From a virus, in IMG/VR virus record IMGVR_UViG_3300028874_000010, positions 48,369-112,368 of that record: 64,000 nt of DNA. The stretch is one strand, 5' to 3'. The notes beneath the pieces were generated by a model, which saw nothing but the letters and a program-made list of their open reading frames with translations, ran no database searches and had not been told where the DNA came from. Of the stretch, positions 1 through 10,439 are shown piece by piece. A program made the position numbers and the translations under genes. Within the stretch, counting starts at the first letter, position 1. Every line of letters begins with the position of its first letter.

Positions 1-524
1 GCTTTATACTTACTCTCATCATACGATGGACTATAAAATGACCATGCTGCATATTTAAGATCATCAACTGGCATTAAATCAAGTTGAACAATTTTGTCTT
101 CTTGTTTGCCATCAGAGTTTGAAATAGGATAGGCTACACTGACGACATCAAGGCCAGGAAATGCTTTGACATCAGAGTAATCTTTTCCTATCTTGGTTAA
201 GAATTCAAAGACCTCGGCTTTGTCCTTGAGATTATTAGCTTTCATTAAAGCCTTCATTGATATCCCGAAATCAATATCCCCAGAGGATCCTTGTTCTGTT
301 CCATTTTTTTCTGGGTTTCTTTTACCAGTGGACCCGAGTAAAACAGTATCAGATTTCTTGAGGCCAAGTTTTGGAAGAAGTTCTGAATAGATAGAGGCTA
401 ATGTATCTTTAACATTAAGCTGATTAATCCTAGAAGAAGTCTTTATTGCGGCACCGCCCTCTAAAAGTTGGCGTCTGGTTGGAGTCTTTACTGACTCTTC
501 TAGGTATTGTTTAAATGTCTTCAT
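1..524 (-). CDS. Pol-beta-superfamily nucleotidyltransferase-like protein; C-terminus runs off the window
   Basis: Not in ORF track. ATG at 524 overlaps the upstream stop (TAATG). Reads MKTFKQYLEE...LLGSTGK...SSGDIDF...VQLDLM, i.e. GS + DxD + third Asp pattern. Confidence 0.6.
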   Translation of the reverse strand, partial: MKTFKQYLEESVKTPTRRQLLEGGAAIKTSSRINQLNVKDTLASIYSELLPKLGLKKSDTVLLGSTGKRNPEKNGTEQGSSGDIDFGISMKALMKANNLKDKAEVFEFLTKIGKDYSDVKAFPGLDVVSVAYPISNSDGKQEDKIVQLDLMPVDDLKYAAWSFYSPSYDESKYK

Positions 525-961
525 TAGTCAAGCGTTTTTGATAGGGTTATTTTTGGTTCGAAATCTTTATACGCATTTTGATACGATTTGAACTTAGGCC
601 CATGACCAACTTTAAGCATCTCTTCATACCCAGATCGTTCAGCAATGGCTTCATGAACCATCTCATGACCAACGGTTTGCCAGAGATCAAATTTAGAATT
701 AATGTGCTTAGAGAAGCGCAGAACTATTTTGCCACCTTCATAATCACAGAACCCGAGGATCTGTGCAGCTGGATTCTTTTCAAGATACTCGGTGTCGCTA
801 GGAAAAGCCTTGTGATTTAAGCTATCTTCGATGACAAACGTTGGCTCTTCAAGTTCGCCATCATACACGCCTTTGTTGATCGCATGCCAGATGGCTTCGA
901 TATCATGTACAGATGGTGTGTACATCTGTTGTTCTTTCATAAATCCTTTAAAGCTGAGCAT
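524..961 (-). CDS. SprT-like zinc metalloprotease
   Basis: HEMVH zincin motif followed by GHGPKF. Confidence 0.7.
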   Translation of the reverse strand: MLSFKGFMKEQQMYTPSVHDIEAIWHAINKGVYDGELEEPTFVIEDSLNHKAFPSDTEYLEKNPAAQILGFCDYEGGKIVLRFSKHINSKFDLWQTVGHEMVHEAIAERSGYEEMLKVGHGPKFKSYQNAYKDFEPKITLSKTLD

Positions 962-1024
962 AATTTGTCCGGATGCGATGATGGACGACCATTGCGTCGT
1001 CCATCTGTATTTATCATCGAGTAC

Positions 1025-1387
1025 CTAATGCTTATGTTTTGTCAGTAATATGGAAGCTTGTCCTGCTTTGAATGCTTTTTTGATCGAACTGATCGGATAC
1101 GTAGCATGTTCACATGAAGCGATCGATCCGAGATGTTTAGCTCGATATTGAGCGAACGTCATGGCCGGTTCGCCTGCGATCATGACACACGGGAGTGCTG
1201 CATCAACCAGATCAAGGTCTTCTTGACGGATAGTGACTTGGAACTCGGTATCACCAGCCATCTTTCCTGCACGCCGATGGATTTCTTCCATGATAGGGTT
1301 CCAAGCGATTGGAACAAGCATATAACCTTCAGGGATTTTTATAGTTATGTTCATTGGGTTACTTTGTGTTAGATGTATACTTTGCAA
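1025..1387 (-). CDS. hypothetical protein
   Basis: ORF in co-directional gene run. Confidence 0.5.
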   Translation of the reverse strand: MQSIHLTQSNPMNITIKIPEGYMLVPIAWNPIMEEIHRRAGKMAGDTEFQVTIRQEDLDLVDAALPCVMIAGEPAMTFAQYRAKHLGSIASCEHATYPISSIKKAFKAGQASILLTKHKH

Positions 1388-1775
1388 GACTTATGATTGC
1401 ATCGACTGTGAACCGATATGTCTTGCCATCATTAGCAGACTTAGCCAAGACTGGTGTTTTCCACGCTTTTGCATTCCAGCCAACGATCATGATATCACCA
1501 AGAGTCCGATGCTTAAGAGGCTTCTTGATATCAATATCTTTGAGATAGATTGCTGCATAATCTTCAAGAGCATCAGTGGTTCGTTGTTGACGAACCGTAC
1601 CTGTTCCGGCGATGGTAACTTCCAGCTTCAAAGTGCAGGCGGTATCCGTTGCCAATTTACCGCCGTTTATGCGGAGAGCAATTCCGTATTTCTCTCCAAT
1701 AGCTTTCAGATCTTCATTAAGCAAACTGGTCAAATTCATCGTCGAAGTACGATCGAGAGAAGTAATCTTGGTCAT
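1359..1775 (-). CDS. hypothetical phage protein
   Basis: ORF with AGGA RBS. Confidence 0.6.
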   Translation of the reverse strand: MTKITSLDRTSTMNLTSLLNEDLKAIGEKYGIALRINGGKLATDTACTLKLEVTIAGTGTVRQQRTTDALEDYAAIYLKDIDIKKPLKHRTLGDIMIVGWNAKAWKTPVLAKSANDGKTYRFTVDAIISLAKYTSNTK

Positions 1776-1824
1776 GATTTTGTTTCCTAGCTGGTTGACG
1801 TTAGAATCATTTTAACCCAATCTT

Positions 1825-2586
1825 TTAAGTTTGTACACTATTTTCTTTAAGATTGGCATTATTTATTCTTTCGACCATTTCTTGGATTCGGTCTATTGCT
1901 TCAGAGGCTGGTTTAAACATACACACATCAAATAATCTAGTATCAATATGACCGCCTCGGTCATATTCTTTATTATTTAAGATAGTGTATGATTTGTTTG
2001 GTGAATATCTATTTCCGGCAATATACTTCAATGGAACAACTTCACCTGATGTTCCAATTACTATAATGATATCATTTCTGGATTTGCCGAAAGTTGAAAA
2101 CATTTCTGCATACTTAGGCGCGGGTTCACCGAAGAATACTACACCCGGTTTCACATCTTCTAGAGAACCGCACCTCAGGCAGGGCATATTTAGTTCATAT
2201 GGCGAATACCCTACATCCCAAGTATGCTCGCAGTTTAGACAAGTCATATCTGTAAATTTACCATGGACATGAACTACGTCTTCGCATCCAGCCCGTTCTA
2301 GAAAATCGTCAATGTTCTGGGTATAAATCTTGACATTGTCTTTACCATATTTCTTTTGGATCTCAGCTATCCCTAAGTGGGCCTTATTAGGACTTAAACT
2401 AGGTAACCCTATCCGACGTTCATTATAGAAATCAAATACCAAATTCCTATTTTTCTTGAATACATGGATATTACAAACTATGTCTGGATTATATTTCGTC
2501 CAAAGCCCATCTTCATTATCACGAAATGTAGAAATACCAGATTCAGCTGAAAGTCCAGCACCAGTAAAAATAAGAATTTTATTCAT
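1825..2586 (-). CDS. cobB: Sir2/CobB-family NAD-dependent deacylase
   Basis: GAGLSAESGISTFR, TQNIDD, HVHG, CxxC..CxxC, KPGVVFFGE, IGTSG motifs. Confidence 0.9.
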   Translation of the reverse strand: MNKILIFTGAGLSAESGISTFRDNEDGLWTKYNPDIVCNIHVFKKNRNLVFDFYNERRIGLPSLSPNKAHLGIAEIQKKYGKDNVKIYTQNIDDFLERAGCEDVVHVHGKFTDMTCLNCEHTWDVGYSPYELNMPCLRCGSLEDVKPGVVFFGEPAPKYAEMFSTFGKSRNDIIIVIGTSGEVVPLKYIAGNRYSPNKSYTILNNKEYDRGGHIDTRLFDVCMFKPASEAIDRIQEMVERINNANLKENSVQT

Positions 2587-2597
2587 TATGTTTTAAG

Positions 2598-2789
2598 TTA
2601 TCCAAACAGAACCTGGGCGCCGCCTGGCGTCTTAGGGATGATTAGTGGAGGTGTATCACCCTCACTGAGTGGCATGGTCGCTGCGGAGATCCTAGCTTGT
2701 TCTGCCGACCCATATGGGCCAATTTCTTGGCCGCTTGATAACCTAACGAAGAATTGAACTGCTGCTTGATCTGAATTTGTGAGTAACAT
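2598..2789 (-). CDS. small hypothetical protein
   Basis: ORF with AGGA RBS and upstream ATAAATA. Confidence 0.5.
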   Translation of the reverse strand: MLLTNSDQAAVQFFVRLSSGQEIGPYGSAEQARISAATMPLSEGDTPPLIIPKTPGGAQVLFG

Positions 2790-2826
2790 AAATATATTCC
2801 TGTTGATTTAAATATATTTATGTTAC

Positions 2827-2860
2827 AAAAAAGGCCTCTTTAGATTAGAGGCCTTTTTTT
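2827..2860. terminator. bidirectional intrinsic terminator
   Basis: AAAAAAGGCCTCT-N7-AGAGGCCTTTTTTT. Confidence 0.8.
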
Positions 2861-2862
2861 GT

Positions 2863-3519
2863 TTATTGCGGGTTTTGGATTTCGGTTGGGGTGTAGACGA
2901 AAGTTCCAGTATCTTTATCCTTTGTGATCGGCATAACAAATCGATCTTTTGGATTTCGGAGTATCGACAAGTAAACATGAACGATACGTTCAGATAGCTC
3001 CGAATTTTCTTTACTGCAGGTTTCCATGAGTTCCTTGACGGTCCACGGTTTGTAGTTCCCATTGGCATCTTTAACACGGAAAGCTGCCGCCATCCGTTGG
3101 AGCTTCGAGTCGCGAACTTTCCGGACTTTGGGGCCTGCGACTACTGGAGGAACTTGGTCAACCGCAGGTTGGATTTCGGCAGATGCAGCAATTTCTTGCT
3201 TATCGATCTCCAGAGCGGCTTCTTCGATTTTGGCTTCTTCAATCTTGTCCAATTGAACAAGAGCTGAAAGATCGAGTGCTTCGAGAGCCGACCAAACTTT
3301 CTGCATTGATTCTGTTTTGGAGGTCTTGAACAAATTCCGGGTTTCGCCGGTGATGGCGTTATATATTGATGTCAATTCGGCGCTCGAAAAATCATAGGCG
3401 GCCAAAGTATCAAGCGAAGAAACACAAAAATCTTTTGGATATTTCTCAGCGGCGATTGTCTGATCTTGGACATACCCGATGACCTTAGTCATATCTGCAT
3501 CAATAATAAACAATGACAT
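2863..3519 (-). CDS. hypothetical protein, possible C-terminal winged-helix DNA-binding domain
   Basis: Start moved to MSLFIIDAD (AGGAG RBS); early-type promoter upstream. Confidence 0.55.
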   Translation of the reverse strand: MSLFIIDADMTKVIGYVQDQTIAAEKYPKDFCVSSLDTLAAYDFSSAELTSIYNAITGETRNLFKTSKTESMQKVWSALEALDLSALVQLDKIEEAKIEEAALEIDKQEIAASAEIQPAVDQVPPVVAGPKVRKVRDSKLQRMAAAFRVKDANGNYKPWTVKELMETCSKENSELSERIVHVYLSILRNPKDRFVMPITKDKDTGTFVYTPTEIQNPQ

Positions 3520-3668
3520 TGCAACATCTCCTGAATAGGTAATCATATTGAACTTAACTCTCACCAAAACTTGGCAGCGACTAAATCCATCCAGTATTTT
3601 GAATCATGCCAGTTTATTTAAGTAGGCATGATTCTATATTGTTCTTGACTTCACAAGACCATGAGAAC

Positions 3669-3697
3669 ATTATACCAAGATCCTGATAATAGTAAAC
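3669..3697 (-). promoter_or_regulatory. T4-early-like sigma70 promoter
   Basis: Minus strand GTTTACT-N17-TATAAT. Similar motifs near 23000, 40430, 53360, 54240, 54810 and 57360. Confidence 0.6.
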
Positions 3698-3720
3698 AGT
3701 TTTAACCAAATAGACCAAAT

Positions 3721-5244
3721 TTAGTTATTTTTGGTCCCGTTGGCAATGTATTCAGTATCCATTTCACCAATGATTGTACTGGGTGACTCGATGACTACAT
3801 CAAATTCCCAGAGATTAGCAAGATGACCGATAGTCTCTTTAACCGAGTCATCATCAAGTGGCCTATTCAAATACGGAGTATGAACGATGGTTAGAGTTCG
3901 GTCACCAAGAATATCTACATTATCAACTTGAAGATCCGGAACCCAGTTTGCTCGGTTATAACTTTCAGAAAGTGAATTCCGGACTTTGATATAACCATCA
4001 TCATTATGGATTGCAGAAATCTCGACAAAATTCTCTTCTTGAATATCCGTAATAGAAAAGAATTTAAAATCACGAATTACTTTTGGAGACAAAAACTGTG
4101 CTATGAATGAATCATCTTTATAATTCTCCATTGCATCTTTAACAACAGGAAGCCATGGTGTCCCAGCAAACTTTGGAAACCAATGACGGTCTTCTTCTGT
4201 AGGGTTTTCACAGATTCGTTTGATATCCATGAAGATAGCAAACCCGAGTGCATACGGATTAATTCCGCTGAACCAGCGCTTATCAAATTCTGGTTGATAC
4301 ACCACATTGGTATGTGATGCTAAAAATTCTATATATGACCCAGATGAAACAAGACCTTTTTCATATAGCCGTGTCATAATGAAGTAATGCGTGAATGTTG
4401 CAAATCCTTCATTTAAGACTTTGGTTGATCCTTGTGGATAAAAGTACTGAGAGACTTTACGAACAATGCGGATGATTTCACGTTTCCAAGATGGTAAATC
4501 TGGTGCATATTTTTCAATGAAGTACAAGATATTATCTTCCCGATCTGCTGGGAATTTTTCATCTTTGGCGTTTTCTAACGTGTTATTTTTCGGGACTGTT
4601 TTATCCCAGATAGGATTGAAATCAATACGGGCTTGTTCAAGCCGTTCCATCGCCCGCTTTTCTTCATCACTTGCACTGATAGATGGAGGGCGCTTATATC
4701 GATCAATCCCATAATTCATTAATGCATGGCAACTATCTAAAAAGGCTTCAACTTCAGCAACCCCATATTTTTCTTCACACTTTGCAATATAGTTCTTGGC
4801 AAACAACAAATAATCAATAATTGCTGAAGCATCAGTAAATTGTTTGAACATGAAATTGTTCTTGAACACTGCTGAATGTCCAGCCGATGCGTGAGCCATG
4901 ACCAAACATTGCATAGTCATGTTGTTTTCTTCCATGAGATATGCGATACATGGATCTGAATTAATCACGATTTCATACGCTAGACCCATTTGGCCATGTT
5001 GGTATGATTTATAATTCTTCAGGAATTCTTTTCCAAACGACCAATGCTTATACATGATTGGAAGACCAGTTGATGCATAGGCATCAATCATTTGCTCGGC
5101 TGAAATGACTTCCATTTGAGGCCGATAATAATCAAGCTGAAGTTCTTCCTTAGCGATCTTTTCGATTTCAATCCAAGTCTTTTCAAGAAGATCAAAAGAC
5201 CAATCTTGACCTGGCCCAAACAGCGGTTTATTTTTCTTAGCCAT
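3721..5244 (-). CDS. ycgB: SpoVR/YcgB family protein
   Basis: HWSFGK, GLAYEIVINSDPCIAYLMEEN, TKVLNEGFATFTHY, INPYALGF. Confidence 0.9.
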   Translation of the reverse strand: MAKKNKPLFGPGQDWSFDLLEKTWIEIEKIAKEELQLDYYRPQMEVISAEQMIDAYASTGLPIMYKHWSFGKEFLKNYKSYQHGQMGLAYEIVINSDPCIAYLMEENNMTMQCLVMAHASAGHSAVFKNNFMFKQFTDASAIIDYLLFAKNYIAKCEEKYGVAEVEAFLDSCHALMNYGIDRYKRPPSISASDEEKRAMERLEQARIDFNPIWDKTVPKNNTLENAKDEKFPADREDNILYFIEKYAPDLPSWKREIIRIVRKVSQYFYPQGSTKVLNEGFATFTHYFIMTRLYEKGLVSSGSYIEFLASHTNVVYQPEFDKRWFSGINPYALGFAIFMDIKRICENPTEEDRHWFPKFAGTPWLPVVKDAMENYKDDSFIAQFLSPKVIRDFKFFSITDIQEENFVEISAIHNDDGYIKVRNSLSESYNRANWVPDLQVDNVDILGDRTLTIVHTPYLNRPLDDDSVKETIGHLANLWEFDVVIESPSTIIGEMDTEYIANGTKNN

Positions 5245-5443
5245 TATTCTTTCCAATTAACGTGCAAATTTTATTGCACTATCTACTTCATCACCAAAGG
5301 CCACTTTATCACAATCCGGATAAAACCACGCGATACACCCAGTAGGTAGTTCGATTTTGAATTCATCTATTTTATCAGCTATGAATTCATAACGAGCTAG
5401 AATTATTTCTAACTCTTCCTGAGTATATTTTGTGCTAAGCCTG

Positions 5444-6751
5444 TCATTTAGTTTTCTTTTCAAACAATTTTTTGAACACTGGATAGATCTCAGCATCTTC
5501 ATAGACATTAGCCATTTGAAAATTCTCAAAATCTTTCTTTACATTTTCATAGGTCGTCCAAATATCACTTTGATATCCTGGTGTTGTTCCAACTTGGATG
5601 TACCCAAAATATTGGACATAAGGCATAATATCATCGCAGAGCAATTCATAGCACGTGCCATTGTCGGTGTCCCAATTATCACCGTCCGAACATTGGCAAA
5701 TATACACGTTTGTTGAATTATCAGAATAATCATCCTTGATAATCTTAGATGCCAAATCCAATGCAGACGAAACCATTGTCCCGCCACTATCTCGAGTATT
5801 AAAGAATGTATCTTCATCAACTTCAAAAGCTTCAGTGGTATGGTAAATAAACCTAAGTGAAACCTTTTCATACTTACGAACTAAAAACATATACAACAAA
5901 GCAAAGAATTTTCTAGACAATGTCTTTTCATGAGGGCCCATAGATCCAGAATTGTCCATAATGCAGATCATCACAGCATTTATTGCTGGGTGTTCAACTG
6001 CAACAGTTGAATGATACCTAAGATCCAATGGATCAAGAAATGGAACATTTTCCATCTTCACTTTATACCCAGTAATCTTCTTCTGAAGTTCTACTTTACG
6101 ATTCTGTAATTCTTGATCTTCTTCGGCAGATCTAACAACAGCTTGAATCAATATAGCTTCAATTTGATTCAATTCATCTTGCGCGGCCTTCAATCGTTTC
6201 TTATAAGGGGCACGCTGTGAGATCCTACGTGAATGTGAATTTCGGAGTGATTTACTCCGATCCAATTTTGCTGGCGTCCCATTTGTAGTGTGTCCAGCAT
6301 TATGATGTTTAATTTCAATAACTTCTTTTAGACCTTCCTTAACAAGATCTGGAAGCTCCAAATCTTCAAAGAAATATTCCAGAAATTCATCACGTGTAAT
6401 TTCTACTACAAAGTCATCTTCACCAGACCCATCAGGCGAACCCTTCTTGCCAAAGCCACCTCCAGTCTTTGGCGGCTTTCTGAATTTATCACCGGCATTA
6501 AAATCTTGGTTACCAGGTCTAACGGCTTCATATGTCCCGCCTTCACCATGCCTAAAATTTGGTTCGCTGATACTTTTTTGTGGGATATGGATTACTCCAC
6601 CATCAGAATCAATATCTTCAATTTTACGAGAATTGATAATATCCGGCAAAGATTTTTTAACAGATTCACGAATTCGTTTTAGAAACTTTTGACGGTTATC
6701 TAATGACTTTCCCTTACCGTTTGGGCGCCGATCTACAATAGAGAAGCTCAT
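5444..6751 (-). CDS. yeaH: YeaH/YhbH (DUF444) vWA-domain protein
   Basis: IVDRR..GKS..NRQKF, FFEDLELP, MDNSGSM MIDAS, SGGTMVSSAL, SDGDNW. Confidence 0.9.
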   Translation of the reverse strand: MSFSIVDRRPNGKGKSLDNRQKFLKRIRESVKKSLPDIINSRKIEDIDSDGGVIHIPQKSISEPNFRHGEGGTYEAVRPGNQDFNAGDKFRKPPKTGGGFGKKGSPDGSGEDDFVVEITRDEFLEYFFEDLELPDLVKEGLKEVIEIKHHNAGHTTNGTPAKLDRSKSLRNSHSRRISQRAPYKKRLKAAQDELNQIEAILIQAVVRSAEEDQELQNRKVELQKKITGYKVKMENVPFLDPLDLRYHSTVAVEHPAINAVMICIMDNSGSMGPHEKTLSRKFFALLYMFLVRKYEKVSLRFIYHTTEAFEVDEDTFFNTRDSGGTMVSSALDLASKIIKDDYSDNSTNVYICQCSDGDNWDTDNGTCYELLCDDIMPYVQYFGYIQVGTTPGYQSDIWTTYENVKKDFENFQMANVYEDAEIYPVFKKLFEKKTK

Positions 6752-6752
6752 A

Positions 6753-6977
6753 TTATTCTTTTCCTGAAGTAGGAGTTATTTTAATTCTACAAGCAAATAA
6801 CTGATTGGTGACGTTAGCTGATGGCCCATTATTTTCCAAGAGCACAGCTTGTTCACATGTCTGAGCATGAGCTATTGCATCATTTGCTTTGACATTGTAA
6901 CTCCAAATGAAGAAACCAAGCCCAAGAATAACACTTGCAACCGCTATCCAAAATGCGCACCAAACATTATCTCTCAT
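6753..6977 (-). CDS. small membrane protein
   Basis: N-terminal hydrophobic helix. Confidence 0.55.
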   Translation of the reverse strand: MRDNVWCAFWIAVASVILGLGFFIWSYNVKANDAIAHAQTCEQAVLLENNGPSANVTNQLFACRIKITPTSGKE

Positions 6978-7085
6978 AATACTTTCTCATTATCAAATTA
7001 TATGCGATCTCTAGAAATTAATCTAGAGGCCTCTTCTCTCTACTTATATTAAATTTTAGGAAAATCTTTATAACATATATCTAAG

Positions 7086-7115
7086 AAGGTTACTCCGTAA
7101 TATGGAGTAACCTTC
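7086..7115. terminator. hairpin / probable terminator after yeaG
   Basis: GAAGGTTACTCC...GGAGTAACCTTC inverted repeat. Confidence 0.55.
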
Positions 7116-7135
7116 CTCAAATTCTATTGCGAGAA

Positions 7136-9076
7136 TTACTGATTTTTACGGATACGTAGCCACCATTCAACAAGTAGACGGGTTTGGCGTTGCGTATAAC
7201 CCTTATCGGCCATCCGCTTGACAAATGATTCATGAGCTTCTTGATCCTTCTTTGATCCTTTAGAAGTGAAGCTGATCACTGGTAGAATTTCTTCTGTCCC
7301 AGCGAACATTTTCTTTTCAATAACTTGGCGCATCTTTTCAAAGTCGTTCCAGGCAGGCATATTGCCTTTATGGCCGGCTTTATGGCGAAGCACAAAGTTA
7401 ACAACTTCATTCCGGAAATCTTTCGGGTTCACAATACCTGCAGGCTTTTCAACTTTTTCTAGCTCAGCATTCAATGTCGAGCGATCAAATTGTTCGCCAG
7501 TATCAGCATCACGGAAATCTTCATCGCGGATCCAGAAATCTGCATATTGGACATATCGATCAAAAATGGTTTGGCCATAATCGCTGTATGAATCCATAAA
7601 GGCAATCCGGATTTCCTTTTCAACGAACTCAGCATACTTGTCGCCAAGTTGGTGCTTAATCAAATTGATCAGGTGTTCTTCACGATCTGATGGAAATTGT
7701 TCCTTGACGATTTCATTTTCCAAGACATACATCAAGTGAACCGGGTTAGCACCGATTTCTTCAGTATCAAAGTTAAATACCTTTGATAGGATCTTGAATG
7801 CAAATCGGGTCGAGATTCCGTCCATGCCTTCATTGACACCAGCAACATCCTTATATTCTTGGAGCGGCTTAGCACGTGGATCAACATCTTTGATATTTTC
7901 GCCATCATAGACGCGCATCTTGGAATATAGATTCGAATTGGCTGGTTCAACCAACCGGGACATGACTGCAAACTTGGCAAGCATTTCAAGAGTTTCTGGT
8001 GCAAATGGAGACTTGGCCAATTTACTTTTCGCCAACATCTTTTTATAGATGCCGACTTCTTCACTAGCACGTAGGCAATATGGAATCTTGACAATGTTAA
8101 CACGATCCAAGAACGCTTCATTGTTCTTGTTGTTACGGAAGGTCTTCCATTCACTTTCATTGGAGTGAGCAAGAACAATGCCATCGAAAGGAATACTGGA
8201 AATAGAATCTGTTCCGTTGTAATTCTTTTCTTGAGTTGCTGTCAAGAGTGGATGAAGCATCTTGATTGGGGCTTTGAACATTTCGACAAAGTCCAAGATC
8301 CCTTGATTAGCATTACATAGACCACCGGAGAAGCTATATGAATACGGGTTATCTGCAGCGTATTCTTCTAACATCCGGATATCAGTTTTACCAACCAGTG
8401 TCGTAATGTCTTGGTTGTTTTCATCACCAGGTTCTACTTTAGCAATCGCAATATTATTCAGAATGGAAGGATATTGCTTGATTACAGTCAATGACGAATG
8501 ATCACCTTTCAGGTCTTCAAGCTTTTGCGCCAGCCAAGGAGACATTTTGACTCGAAATGCACTTGCCGGAATATCATATTCTTCTTCAAGGGCAGCACTG
8601 TGAAGATCGACATCAAAGATGGAAAGAGGATTATCATGAATTGGAGAACCTTTGATGAAATAGATTGGTTCCTTTTCCATCAGTTCTTTCAACTTTTCGG
8701 CGATCGACGATTTACCACCACCGACGGGTCCGAGTAGATAAAGAATTTGTTTACTTTCTTCAAGGCCTTGAGCACTATGCCGGAAGTAAGAAACAATTGA
8801 TTCGATTGCATCTTCCATGCCAAAGAAATCTTTGAAGGCTGGATAGATTTTGATGATGCGATTTGAAAAAATGCGGCTGAGGCGAGCATCAGTTTTTGTA
8901 TCAACGAATTCCGGTTCGCCGATTGCCTTGAGCATACGCTCGGCTGGCGAAGCATAAACCGAAGGATCACTTTTGCAAAGATTCAAATATTCTTGAATCG
9001 ACATTTCTTCCTGGGTGTTACGCTTAGCGTAATCATTGGAAAATCTCGCCAGTACGCCCGAGTGTGCTTTGGACAT
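7136..9076 (-). CDS. yeaG: PrkA/YeaG AAA+ serine protein kinase
   Basis: LLGPVGGGKSS Walker A, EPGDENNQDI, FVEMFKAPIK, NNEAFLDR. Confidence 0.93.
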   Translation of the reverse strand: MSKAHSGVLARFSNDYAKRNTQEEMSIQEYLNLCKSDPSVYASPAERMLKAIGEPEFVDTKTDARLSRIFSNRIIKIYPAFKDFFGMEDAIESIVSYFRHSAQGLEESKQILYLLGPVGGGKSSIAEKLKELMEKEPIYFIKGSPIHDNPLSIFDVDLHSAALEEEYDIPASAFRVKMSPWLAQKLEDLKGDHSSLTVIKQYPSILNNIAIAKVEPGDENNQDITTLVGKTDIRMLEEYAADNPYSYSFSGGLCNANQGILDFVEMFKAPIKMLHPLLTATQEKNYNGTDSISSIPFDGIVLAHSNESEWKTFRNNKNNEAFLDRVNIVKIPYCLRASEEVGIYKKMLAKSKLAKSPFAPETLEMLAKFAVMSRLVEPANSNLYSKMRVYDGENIKDVDPRAKPLQEYKDVAGVNEGMDGISTRFAFKILSKVFNFDTEEIGANPVHLMYVLENEIVKEQFPSDREEHLINLIKHQLGDKYAEFVEKEIRIAFMDSYSDYGQTIFDRYVQYADFWIRDEDFRDADTGEQFDRSTLNAELEKVEKPAGIVNPKDFRNEVVNFVLRHKAGHKGNMPAWNDFEKMRQVIEKKMFAGTEEILPVISFTSKGSKKDQEAHESFVKRMADKGYTQRQTRLLVEWWLRIRKNQ

Positions 9077-9223
9077 TAACAACTCCTATTATTTTCAAAG
9101 TTTTGATTGAGAGAAACTACTGGTGAATCTACTACTATTATTTTGTGGTTCAGCATAAATACGATTTTTACACACAAGTTTTTTATTGTAAATCAAATTA
9201 GACTTGTTATTATGCTTTGCAGC

Positions 9224-9871
9224 TTATTGCATATAATCAAACTTCGATTTTTCTGTATTAAACATTTCCAAAAATCTTTCATACACTATCGAAGAATTCA
9301 ATGGCATCTCAAATTCTTGTAATTTCAATATTGAAACTTCTGGCGAATTAGACCAATTTTGTCCTCGCGAGACCATAAAATTATAAGCCTCTATTCTCTG
9401 TGCTAATACATCCGCAGCCTTAACAATTTGTTCTTCTATGTCATTAAGAGGAAGAAGTCCCAATGCTTCTAATATTGCATCTTGAATTTTCTTTTCTATT
9501 GTCTTAATGATAGGCCTGAACTCAGGAATCTTCTTTAGAGGCCCTGAAACATCCCCAGTGTACGCCTCACTGGCATCGTGAGTTAACCCTATTAGTTTCC
9601 ATCTCGCGACTTCAGGCGGCGTTAGAACGTATCCTTGAAACTGGTCTTGGTAATATTTGGCGGCTAGGTTAGCCGATTCATTGGCAACAACAATTGAATG
9701 TTGTGCTACGCTATATGGGATGGTGTTGATTGTATGGCCATTGAATCTAGCTAGGCGGGATAATGACCAAGCGATATCAATAAGGCAAATGTCGCTTGGG
9801 TTTGGATCAACCAGGTTGATAAACCGACCTGTGATGGTTTCTAGTGTTGTTTGGTTATTTGGGCTTGCCAT
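9224..9871 (-). CDS. HD-domain 5'-deoxynucleotidase (YfbR/YfdR-like)
   Basis: RFNGH..YSVAQHS...HDASEAYTGD...KAAD. Confidence 0.8.
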   Translation of the reverse strand: MASPNNQTTLETITGRFINLVDPNPSDICLIDIAWSLSRLARFNGHTINTIPYSVAQHSIVVANESANLAAKYYQDQFQGYVLTPPEVARWKLIGLTHDASEAYTGDVSGPLKKIPEFRPIIKTIEKKIQDAILEALGLLPLNDIEEQIVKAADVLAQRIEAYNFMVSRGQNWSNSPEVSILKLQEFEMPLNSSIVYERFLEMFNTEKSKFDYMQ

Positions 9872-10280
9872 TTTCTAGAGGAATTGGTGTTGTTGTGGTT
9901 TTACGTTTAACTAGGTGGCCATGAACTGTTGCACCTGGTTCGATCTTGAGAATATCATATGTGATAGTACAGCCTTCACTGAGTTCAGCATTACCAGAAA
10001 TACAAACCGATTTAGCTGAAATGTTTCCATTCACTGTCCCACTGATTATCACGTTATCAGCTTCGATGTTGCCGGTCACACCACCCGGAAATTCAATGTC
10101 GACTGTAGTCGGTGAATTTTTATCGATATCTTTACCGGTAATATCACCAATAACGGATCCAGAAATTTTCAATGAACCAGAAAAATCGATTGGGCCAAAT
10201 ACACTGGTCTTAGTTGCAATCAACGAATCGAAATGGTTGATTGTAGAAACCAATTTAACTTTCTTGTCAAAAATGCCCAT
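9855..10280 (-). CDS. bactofilin (polymer-forming cytoskeletal protein)
   Basis: Beta-helix repeats GPIDFSGSLKISGSVIGDI...GNIEADNVIISGTVNGNISA...LKIEPGATVHG; start at MGIFDKK. Confidence 0.85.
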   Translation of the reverse strand: MGIFDKKVKLVSTINHFDSLIATKTSVFGPIDFSGSLKISGSVIGDITGKDIDKNSPTTVDIEFPGGVTGNIEADNVIISGTVNGNISAKSVCISGNAELSEGCTITYDILKIEPGATVHGHLVKRKTTTTPIPLENGKPK

Positions 10281-10439
10281 GATGAAATCCTGAATGATTT
10301 GAGTGGATAAATAAACAGATTGAATCATACCAAACAAACCGATTTTTGTAAACAAACATTGTGGTATAATTTACTCCATGCGTGAAGTAGCAGAATCGCA
10401 CTCACTCAAAAATAAAAATAATAAAGAAGAGGAAATAAA

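Noticed and set aside
5257-5529. Small gene between yeaH and ycgB
   Set aside because: The 3' part looks coding, but no convincing start outside the yeaH overlap; left uncalled
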